DNA from: Caecitellus pseudoparvulus | Taxonomy: Eukaryota > Protista > Bigyra: Bicosoecida | Direction of reading: 5' to 3' | NCBI GenBank assembly: GCA_965644315.1 | Contig: CBFFRQ010000195.1 | Location: forward strand, 1-21,345 | DNA length: 21,345 nt | Part shown: one piece after another, positions 1 through 9,407 of the stretch | Numbering within the stretch: the stretch's first letter is position 1 | Layout: each line of letters starts with the position of its first letter | Notes under the pieces: generated by a model | Seen by the model: only the letters and a program-made list of their open reading frames with translations | What the model was told of the DNA's origin: nothing | The model's database searches: none | Position numbers and translations under genes: made by a program

Positions 1-3000
1 CGAACACGGCAACCTGCAGCAACATCTCAGGCTGCGTTTCATAGTCAAACGCGGCAGAGTTGTTCACAACAACCTCAGTTCCATTGACCTCGACAGCCCA
101 GCCTGGGTTGTTCTCCAGTGGGATTGACAGCACCGCAGTGTCACTGTCCAGGTCCACGGCCGTAATATTGGCTAGTACAGTTCCCTTTGGAGGATGCTCC
201 GGAAGGGCCTGCGCCTCCTCACAGAGCGGGACCTTGAACATGGAGAATGCGCCGCGTTGGGCAATGGGGTCATGCACCCGAATGTCTTGAAATGCAGTTC
301 GCCCGAAACAGTCACCGTGGAAGGAGGCTTGAGGGTACACGTTTGGCCCAGTTCCAGCAAAGTACGTCGCTGCAACACAGTTGAATCCTGAGGCCTCTTG
401 GCATGCTTCTTCACAATCCTCGCGTGTGAAAGTGCTGGATCCAGTGGTCAAGTCAAAGATGGCAGTTTCGAAGCCAGAAGCAACCTCGCTGCTGCCAGAC
501 ACGAACCCTTGAACCGCGTTTGTGTCCTCCTCCAGGACGAAGTCAGTTTGCCCTTGCAGGGTGCAGATGAAAAACGGCGGATCATTTTCGTCGATAAGGT
601 TGATGGTCACATTGATTTGCCCGGTTTCGAGGGCTCCATCGGAGGCAATGACATGCAACACGACGCTTGGCGTGGTCTCATAGTCTAGCGCAGACACGAC
701 GGTGACTGCACCATTCTCACCGATGACGTCGAACCAGCCGAGTTCGTTACCATCCAAAATTGTGTACGACACAGAGTCCCCTTCATCTGGGTCAGAAGCG
801 TTGAGATGCCCCACGACGGTGCCAAGGGGTGCTAGCTCTGAAACATTGAACGACTGCAGGAGGGAGGCAGTCGGCGGCTCTTGCACGTCTGTGAGAGCAA
901 CCGCAACCTCCCGAGTCATGTTTATGGCGGCACTGGGGCCATCAGGCCCTCCAGAGTCTGTTACTGTGACGTTGAAGGAAATCAACGGCGTGGCTTCGTA
1001 GTCTAGTGAAGTCAGGCCCGACACACTCAGGTCCACTTCCACTGCCCCGTTGGGCTGAACGACGAAAGGAACGGTGCCAACAGAGTCAGGGTGCATAGCA
1101 AAGGTAAGCAATCCCGCGTCGTCAGCGTCCTCGTCCCTGACGCATGGCCTCCCATTTGCACAGTTGGTCAGAGGGGAGCTGGTGGGTGTGCTTGTGCCCG
1201 AGTTCTCAGGAACCGAGAGCACGATTGCGTCAAAGAATGGCGGATCGTTCTTGTCGATTACCCCTACCGTCACAAAGCCCGTCTTTGCATGGTTGGGAAA
1301 GTTGGTCTCAATGAGTTCGAGATCTTGCACGCGGATCTGAAGGTTCCTCCCCTTGCCGGTCGGCAGGACACTCGGCAGGTCTGGGTCTTCAAAGCTCAGC
1401 GCAAACCTGGTCCGGTTGACGCAGCCATCGGGGCAGACGAAGCCAGTGTCCTCACGACCAGAGCCGTCACCCCAGTCAATTGAGTCATCAGAGATGTACA
1501 AGGCATATCGGTTCCGCCCATGCACCGGGTCCTGGGAGTGGAAGCGGATGGTGAAGTTATGGAACGGATCCCCTCGCAGCACTGAGAAGAAGAGCTCATC
1601 ATTGTCCTCATCATCGACACCAAGCAGCCCAACCAGCTCACCCGCCTTTGAGTTTTCCTCAACCAAGACCGTGTTTGCCTCCAAAGAGGGTGGGTCGTTC
1701 CTATCCGTGATATGCACCGTGGCCCATGACTCATCCCAAGTCATGGGAGAGCCGTCATCCTCAACTCGGATGGTGAGGTTGTAGAAGTTCTGCTCCTCAA
1801 AGTTCAAGATGCTCTGGTTCACGCGCACCTGTCCCGAACAAGCGTTGATGGAGAAGGCGCCGTCATCATTGCCACCCACGATGGAGTAGAACGTTGTCTG
1901 GTCCAGGTCTTGATCGAAAGAGGGCACAGCTTCATCCGTCTCTGTTGGGTCAGCAGCAGAGAGGATGATGTTTTCAGGGGTATTCTCAGGAATGGTGAGG
2001 TTTTTCGGGTACACATGCACCTGGTCATTGCGGTTCAGGACGTCGATTTCCACGACAGCAAGGTTGCTGAAAAGGCCATCAGTGACAGCCACGCCAAGGA
2101 CGAAGTACGGGGTGGCTTCGTAATTCACAGCCATGCCATTGGCAACGCAAATATCTGCTGTGGAGTTGATGCTCCACGCCCCCTCCACATTGCCTGAGAT
2201 GATGCTGTACGAGAGAGTGTCCCCAAAGTCGTCGTCCGCAGCGACCAGTTTTCCCAAGCAGAAGCCATTCGAGGCGTTGCGCTCTGAGATATCTTCTGCG
2301 ATGGTGAACTTGGCATTCTCGACGATGGGCGGCTCTTGCACGTCAGAGATGTGCACTGTCATCTCCGCTGAATCTTGAGATGTTGATGGGGCAGACCACG
2401 ATTGAACCTGCACAGGCGAAAAAGTCTGTGATCCCGTGCCTGCCTCACCGCCCCAGCCGTCAGCAACACGCCAGGCGACGTGGTTGGTGCTGCGCCACTG
2501 ACTTCGAGTTCTATCGGGGGAAGGGCCCCAGCCACGAACACCATGCCGGTTGAAGGCCCAGGATATGCCAGAGTACCTGCTCCAGTACGTGTAGGCTAAA
2601 TGTCCATGCATGCCAACCAGTGGCGCCCGACACATGAAGCCAGCACGAGGGCCAATGGTGGCAAATGCGATGTGCCTTGCTGGTGGTCGGGGCTTTGGCA
2701 TGGCGACCTCGTGCTCATGATACATGTCAGCGAACTGGGCAAAAGCCATGCTATCTGGGTCGGTCATGTAGTCTGGGGCTTCATGCACTGCATCTGCCCA
2801 TGCCTGGACACGCACAGAAGAGTAGCGGGAAGACTGGCGATTGACCTTCGGGTATCCAGCAGGAATGTGAATGGAGTGGCCCCGCCGTGCGAGGGACTCG
2901 CTCCCTCTTGCATCCGGAGCGAGAAGCCGCACTTCGCGCTCACTGTAGTAGCTCACGATCCCTCCATACTCCCCGTAGTGGCGATACTTCTGGCCGTCAC

Positions 3001-6000
3001 CCTTTGCTTCAAAGATGAACCCAGCGTTTGGGCCATCGTCCGCCCGCACCATAGTCTTCACGCGAGAAGGCATTGAGTTTAACCCGTGCAGCAGGAAGTA
3101 AAATGACGCTCTGTGCTCCTGAGCATTCAACGTAAACCAGCTGGAATCAAAGTCAGGGGCGGACGCTTCCGTCACAATCACGCGAACTTCAACATCGTTG
3201 CTAAACTGGACGTTTTTCTCAGTCTCAAGCTCTGCACTGCCTTGCTTGTACACTGCACCAGATCCCACCCCCAGGTTGATGATCGCGCCCTTCCCAAAGT
3301 ACGAGAGAGACGGAGCCCACAGGCGCAGGTGGGTCCGGCTGTAGCCAGACACCATGCCACCCCAGTACGACCACGTGGTGTACTCGGCCCAAGAAGCTGC
3401 TCCCATGGTGGTGAAGATGTACCCTTGATTTGGCCCGTCAGCGACCCGAAGCTGCACCTGCACATCCAACTTGGATGGGTCCTTAGTCCGGAAAACTGCC
3501 TTGAGTTCTTCAGGAAACTCCACTTCTCTGTAGCAGTCATCAGTCGACGGGAACATGGGGTTGTCTGGACACATGCCAATCATCGTGAACCACCCAGAGT
3601 CCCACTTACTTGTACCAGCACTCACAGCGAATCTGTGCGTGCGCTTTGCCTCGAAGTCGAGTACATCTCGGCGCACAGCCAGGGTACCATCCTCAGGGAA
3701 GGCCATGAACGCACGGTCTCGAAGCGGTGATGAGGCGCCATGGCTCAGCGCAGCCTGCTGCTCTGCCTTTTCAAGCCCAGAGATGCGAAAGTCTGTGACA
3801 GTGGCGCCGGTTGTAGCGCTGGCAAAGACTGGGATGGGCAAGATGCTGCCAGGGGCCGAGTTTTCTGGGATTGTCACTGACTGCTGGGTGCAGCCGAGCA
3901 CTGTCCGGGCGACAGCATGGCCATCGCCTGGGCCTGGAAGGGATGAGGCTGGCAACTGCCCAACGGGAAGAGTGTCCATGTCAAACGTGATGTTTGGCTT
4001 GCGCACTTCAATGTTGGCAATCTCAGCAGAGGTTCTCCAGCCCGTCCCATACAAGGTGCCTACCGCACTGGCGTTTGAGTAGCTCGTCACTCGCCTCCCA
4101 ATGGCGGCGTATGACGCACCATACCCGAATCGCGCCGCAGGCTGGACGCCAACACCAGACGAGCTGATGATGGGCAAAGGGGGCATGGACAGTGACAGCA
4201 AGGCTGAGTTGAGCTTCTGAGCGTTCAATGGCTTGCGGCGGTACACTCGCAAGTGCCTGAACTGGGAGTACGCAGAAAATGCTGTGAAGAAGCCAATTGT
4301 TCCCTTTGTGTTCGCGCTCGTCGGATCAGTCCAGTTGTTCACCAAGCGGTCGTTGAGGTACGCCGCAAAGTGGTTGCCGTACACGTCAACCCTCACGTTC
4401 ATCCACTCCCTTGTCCCAGCGTGCAGGTCATCATCCCGCCACCTTCGGTTCCCAGTCACGCTCGTGTTCAGAACACGCTCGTCGTCGGGCCCAGAGTGTG
4501 ACGTGAACGCAGTGCAGCGCTCGTGCACGTATGGGCTGAACATGAACTTGTAGTGATGGTCCTCGTCAGTCCACCTGAAAACGATTCCGTTCTGCCGTGC
4601 GTAGGCGTAAACCCACACCTCCACGGTGTAATCGGTCCAATCATAAGCAGCGGGAATGTCTAGCAGAGCAATTGTACCACGCAGCCGGTGGCTGCATGCT
4701 GCAGAGCAGGTGCTGGGCGTCGAGAAGCAGTTGTATGGAGGGCTTCTTGGGTATGCGTAGTAGTACGAACGGGGTTGCAGACCCTGCGTGTTGAACTGCC
4801 ATGTGACTGCTGTGTTTGACATTCGCCAAGGGGCAGTGTTGGTGGGGTACTCGTTCACAATTTTGAAGTGTGAAGCAGGCCCATTTCGACCACAGCAAGA
4901 AACCCCCGACCGAGGAGGAGCCTGAGTCCAAGTCGGGTAGTCTTGGCGGTCGTGATCAAAGACCAAGGCGTGCTCAGACACCCAGGCATATGATCGGCAC
5001 CGGCGTTCATGAAACTGAGTCCCCACAGATACCCACAGGTTGGGCTCATCTGCCACGGGCATCCACCCCTCACCGCTCACGTACCCTGTCATTACCGACG
5101 AGGTCCACTGCTTCCCTGATGGGACGTCGTTGTGCAGGCACACGTCTTCCCAACGGCAAAGGCGCTGTCCCATGTGTCGTTCACAGAAGTCCTTTGCCCC
5201 CTCCCAGGTCTTGTTCGCGGCTGGGTACGGGTTCGAATCCATTGCCTGAACGCTGTATGTCACTTCACGGTTCATGTCTAAAATATCATCATTCGTTGAC
5301 CGTGTGAAGAAGATCGACCGCAAGCCCATGATGCGGGAAACCCAGTTGACGCGGAAGTCATCCATGTAAATGGTAGGCTGGGGCGCGTCCACCGGCCACG
5401 CCAAAGCAGCTGCGAGAGAGGAATTGACTGGAACTTCAGCCTCGTCCATAAGGAAGTCTGCCGCTGCGTCGATTTCGGCCTGAGCAACGTCACTGTCCGG
5501 GTTTGTAATGTCAAATGTGGTTGGCGTGCCGGAGAGAAGGGTCCCAGTGCTGCTATACCTCCAGAAGCTCAAGCCGGTGGCGGCGGCGTCATACTGCACC
5601 CCGTTGTGCACAAGCCGCGCAAGACTGTGAGCAGGCTGCCCCGCAACCTCAACCAGTGGGTCGTTGGCATGGTCAACCACAGTTCTGTGAAAGCGACTGG
5701 CAAAGACACCCCTGCCCTTGGGTTCGGCGAAGACCGCGACCTCATCCACCACCACGCTGTTTTCGAGAGGATGCCCGCCTGGCGAAAACTCGCCATCAAA
5801 TCCAACTCGCAGTGGGTTGTCAGCGTAGACTGGCACCCCCACGTTCCTTCGAAAGACGTTGCCGTTGTGAGAGACAGTGTCAAATGGAGGCTCTTGTCCG
5901 TCCACGTACAGGAATGCACGCCCTGTGATGGCCTGCCACTCTGCCGCAATGAAGTGCTGCCCGATGGAAATGGGCTCATCAGTTGTGATCCAATTTGCCC

Positions 6001-8974
6001 CGAGATCGGTGTTGATGCCGAATCGCAGCCTGAGATCCGAGCCAAGCTCAAAACGGAACGTCCACGATCCAGGCCCGGCTCGGTCGGACACAAGTGGCGA
6101 CCACAGCGTGGGCGAGGTGGAGGCATTCCCGTAGGCTGGGCCAGCGACGCGCACCCAAAACTCAACAGAAAAACCAAGTGTATCAGGGACCTTGCCAGGT
6201 GGCATGCTGGGGCCTTGCACATACTCAGATGCAACGTCGCCTTCCCAGGCGCCGTCAGCGTCGTACGCTTGGTTCGTTGCGAAAGGGGCCGCGGAGCCGC
6301 CGACGGCCATGCCGTCAACACCCGTCGTCTGCTCAGTCACAAACCCTGCCCCGAGGCGCATGTACGTGTGCGGCATATCGGCCAGCACGTGCATGGCGTA
6401 GCTGGCGCCGCCCACAGACACCACTGTCGTCTCGGGGCAAGGCGTGAGCGTGTCAATGGTGAGGAGGTGCACCTCATCCACGAAGGCCTCTGCGGCATCG
6501 TCGCTGGGCACGGCCGCGGCCATGAACCTCACACTCGCAGCAGGGTTGAACGGCTCAGTACCTGGCCCTGCTCCATCGAAATCTTGGCGATACTTGCTCG
6601 CGAACTTGGACCAAATGTGCAGCATCACAGTTTCCCACGTCGCCTCGGGCACATCCCGGGTCTCGTCACAGTGCATGGCTTCTGTGGAGCCAGAGCTGAA
6701 ACAGATGGAGAAGAAGCGCCGGGAGTTACACAGCGCCCTGCCAGTGCAGTCCCATGGCTGGGGTGCTGGGCCTCCCAGGTCCTCGAACACGGCCACCCAC
6801 AGCGGCATTCCCCAGCGTCGTGGCACAGCCGCCGCCTGAGCGGCAAATCTAAGGTATGTGGAAGAAGTGACTGGCCCCGTCAATACAGAGGACGCGAAAG
6901 AGTGGAACTGGGATGGGCTGTTCAGGTACGTGTCTCGGCTCTGCGGGAGACTGGGGCTGACAGGCAGGTTGTACATCTCTGCGAAGTACCTGTGCACGTC
7001 TGCGATTTCATCCTCCGACAGCGTTCTGTTGTACATGATGAACTCTGAGATTTCTCCGGAGGCCTTGTTGGCATGACTTACTCCAGGCATGTCGGAGAAC
7101 GCAATCCGGCCGGGGTCTATGTAGGACTGTGTCCATCTGTTGTCACCCACAAGTTTGCCATTTTGGTAGGCCTTGTTGTACTTGCCAGGGCCGGCTGAGC
7201 CGATGAGAAGGTACCACTTGAAGGAAGACGAGAGCTCTCGCCCGTAGGAGTGTGTCTGGGCTGTGGAATCTCGCATGGTCACATACCCAATATTGGGCAA
7301 GTAAACCCCATGGTAACCAGAATTGGGGCCAATGAAAAATGTGCTATAGTCCCTGGAGTGCATCAGGCGCCCACCTGGCACGGTGTGGTGGCGAAAGAGC
7401 AAGACCACTGTGTATGGAAACTCCAATCGGACAGAGTCACTTTCGAATTGCAGAGCCTGGCCCGTCTCCGCCACATCAAACCGGATGGCAGGGGAGTTCA
7501 GGTCAGTTTCATCAGCAGGGGCCAGCGTGGGGCCCAGGCGAGCACCTATGGGGGGGACGATCATGTCGTGGCCATGGCCAGACTGGTCAGCCCATCGAGT
7601 GACGTGGTCCCCCGCCAGGGTCACACCTTTGCTTGCTTGCAGCCAGACGAAACGCCCATCGGCCGGGAGTGTGTCTTCAGATACCGGGGCGAGCATTGGA
7701 GGCTGGTACAGGCGCACACCCCGCTGCCCATCATAGCGAGCATTGGAGGACACTGAGCTGTCTGCACCCGGCCGTGGACCTGCGTCGAAAGACCAGGTAG
7801 CTGCGGCAGTCGCGGGGTCATCCAGGCGTTCAAAGTCCAGAGTGGTGCCCAGGATGCACAAGTCAGTGCCTCCGGGGCTGCCCTGAAAACACAGGTATCC
7901 CGGCTCGGTGGTGCATGCCGCAGAGCAGCCGTCCCCGTTTGCAGCGTTGCCATCATCACAACCTTCAAATGCGCCGCGCTTTCCGTCGCCACATACAGAC
8001 TTTGAGGCTTGGGTGAGCTCAACAATGCAGGCGTCCTTGAGAAAGGCGCAGTTCACAGTGCCTTGCCGCCCGCTGTGACCAGAAGTGTCTTGTACACTCC
8101 ATCCGTTGGAACTGGCTTCAAACTCGAACTGCACCTCCAGCCCCGAGGTGCCAGGAGGCAGGCCGCCCTGCATGCCGGCGCGGATGTCGTTGTCGGAGCG
8201 AGCCACGCTCCAGATGCGAACTTCATCCAACAGGCCTGACATGCCTGTCTGTGGAATGATGGGGTGCCCGCCCCACAAGTGCAGCTTGCGTTGGGTCAGC
8301 GGGGGCTGGGGCAGCCCAGAGCCGGCAGCCTGCACGACACCATCCAGGAGGATCCTTGCCCTGCCATCCCCGGCTTCATATACGACAGCAATATGAGTCC
8401 ACAAGTTCCTGGGCACACGCCTGCTTGTCGCCACACAGTCGATGCCATCAGAAGTTGGGCTGCTGCGGATGCAGAACTCAAGTTTCCGCTGCAGGTCGAT
8501 CCCAAGGGCAACTGCGGGCGAAAGGGAAGGCAAATGTGACTGCACTGGCCACGAATCACACCTGCTGTCTTCACCAAGACTTCTCGGTGCGCGCAACGAA
8601 GGGGAGAAGCGGAAGAAGCGGAAGCAACGTCCCACTTCCCGACGCCAGCACGCTGGGATGCCGTTCACGCACGGTACTGAGCGAATTCATCGCCAAGGTG
8701 CCACAACGTCGTCCTTGGAGAGTCGTGTTTGAGGAAGAACCACCCTGTGGCCAACAGTGGGGTGAGTGGTGCCGGTGTCTTGCGGCGTGCGCAGGGCAGG
8801 CTGAGGTCGCTCACCCTCCACGGTGAAGGAGGCGCCTCCGAAGCTGAACGGAGCACCCGACAACGTTGAGAACTCCTCCTGCTCATGCTCATAGTCTAAT
8901 ACGAGCACTTTCTGCTGAGCAGCGACTGACGCTGCCAAGCAGGCCAATGCCAAGCACGTAAACACGCCTCGCAT
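1..8974 (-). CDS. Gene A: giant secreted/surface cadherin-repeat protein with LamG, Cys-rich, lectin-like and PAN-like domains; 3 exons join(8974-8815, 8744-8673, 8511-<1); 3'-partial, >2,900 aa
   Basis: GCAGCC-ATG start and signal peptide MRGVFTCLALACLAASVAA. Two GT-AG introns restore the LamG motif FTVEGWFFL...WTHIAVVY...LLDG...LDEVRIWSVARS. The frame is open from 8509 to 1 by manual translation, and no ORF-track entry falls in this frame there. Cadherin Ca-binding motifs (PEN, DxD, LDYE/LNFE, DxNDxP) recur from ~3880 to 1. Confidence 0.93.
221..565 (-). other. Gene A PAN/apple-like domain
   Basis: TREDCEEACQEASGFNCVAATYF...DCFG (CxxxC-x7-C...C pattern). Confidence 0.65.
2395..3604 (-). 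repeat. Gene A three tandem protein-level repeats (~125-150 aa) of an unnamed module inside cadherin repeat 1
   Basis: WDSGWF..DGPNQGYIF..WGGM..LRLWAP; FDSSWF..HGL..DGPNAGFIF..YGGI..VRLLAP; GPRAGF..YSGI..VRGWGP..DGWG. Confidence 0.8.
4892..5209 (-). other. Gene A small Cys/Trp-rich domain, C-type-lectin/Link-fold-like
   Basis: TWEGAKDFCERHMGQRLCRWEDVC...WMPVADEPNLWVSVG...SCC; counterpart in gene B at 15434-15724. Confidence 0.55.
5685..6400 (-). other. Gene A third LamG-like domain
   Basis: YAMHVLADMPHTYMRLG, FSVEFWVR, FLYVDG, VVDEVAVF. Confidence 0.75.
6965..7660 (-). other. Gene A second LamG-like domain
   Basis: VWLQASKGV..VTRWADQSGHGHD...GEISEFIMYNRTLSEDEIADVHRYFAEMYNL. Confidence 0.75.
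7856..7993 (-). other. Gene A Myxococcus-type Cys-rich repeat (DUF4215-like)
   Basis: CGDGKRGAFEGCDDGNAANGDGCSAACTTEPGYLC. Confidence 0.85.
8512..8672 (-). other. Gene A intron 2 (161 nt, phase 1)
   Basis: GTGCGT donor with an in-frame TGA just inside; pyrimidine tract CCTTCCCTTTCGCCCGCAG acceptor; joins to the long open frame (QY-L-ALGID). Confidence 0.82.
8745..8814 (-). other. Gene A intron 1 (70 nt, phase 1)
   Basis: GTGAGC donor and CCACAG acceptor; removal yields FTVE-G-WFFLK (LamG motif). Confidence 0.88.
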
Positions 8975-9407
8975 GGCTGCCCACAGTGAAACGCCGCCTG
9001 CCGTCGACGCCTGACGTGGGGTGTTGACCGCGTGCTCTGCTCGTTTCTGGAGCCACTGATGGAGGTAGGGAATGAAACAACTCCCATGATTGGTCTGGTG
9101 GCCCTTTTTGCGTGTACATGGGTGCTGTGCCACGTTGCAGGGGAGGGACGTGTGGCTCGGCAAGGAGGGCACCTTCCGTGAACTGTCGAAGTTGCCCTTG
9201 CACTTGGCAGTAGAGACCGCTGTTCATACTCAATCCCGACTAAGACAACCGGCAGTGAGGTTACTTCGCACCACTAAGTTGCTCCTCGCTGAACAAGGCT
9301 CCCACAGCAGTTCCGGCGAGAGGGCCGCGAAGCTGCAAAGAGGAGGAGCACCAACGCGCTCGGCCCGCGCTTTGCTGCGCCATCCTTCTCACTCAGCTCA
9401 GAGAACC
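8975..9407. promoter_or_regulatory. Probable bidirectional promoter plus both 5'UTRs (433 bp between divergent ATGs)
   Basis: Lies between two divergent starts. Contains ATTGG (CCAAT on - strand) at 9089-9093, TGACGT at 9013-9018 and initiator-like TCATTCC (- strand, 9075-9069). These short motifs are weak evidence on their own. Confidence 0.6.

Larger units (their letters stand above)
1..3890 (-). repeat. Gene A cadherin repeat array (7 repeats visible; first interrupted, seventh preceded by a PAN-like insert)
   Basis: Linkers DVQEPP, NRNDQV, DRNDPP, DKNDPP, DVQEPP, DENDPP; LDFE/VNYE/LNFE/LSFE/LDYE/LDYE/FDYE motifs. Confidence 0.9.
8050..8835 (-). other. Gene A N-terminal LamG/concanavalin-A-like jelly-roll domain (spans both introns; boundaries approximate)
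   Basis: FTVEGW, WTHIAVVY, RILLDG, SGLLDEVRIWSVARS, VQDTSGH. Confidence 0.85.

Noticed and set aside
1570-1585. RGD tripeptide in gene A cadherin repeat 4 (VLRGDPF)
   Set aside because: The paralog has IGDP at the same site; this is the usual cadherin turn and the Arg is probably coincidental
5606-7048. 480-aa + strand ORF
   Set aside because: Antisense shadow of gene A; Arg/His/Gly-rich with no recognisable motifs, as expected opposite GC-biased coding sequence
8606-8623. GAAGCGGAA x2 direct repeat
   Set aside because: Short slippage-type duplication within intron 2 of gene A; no evidence of function
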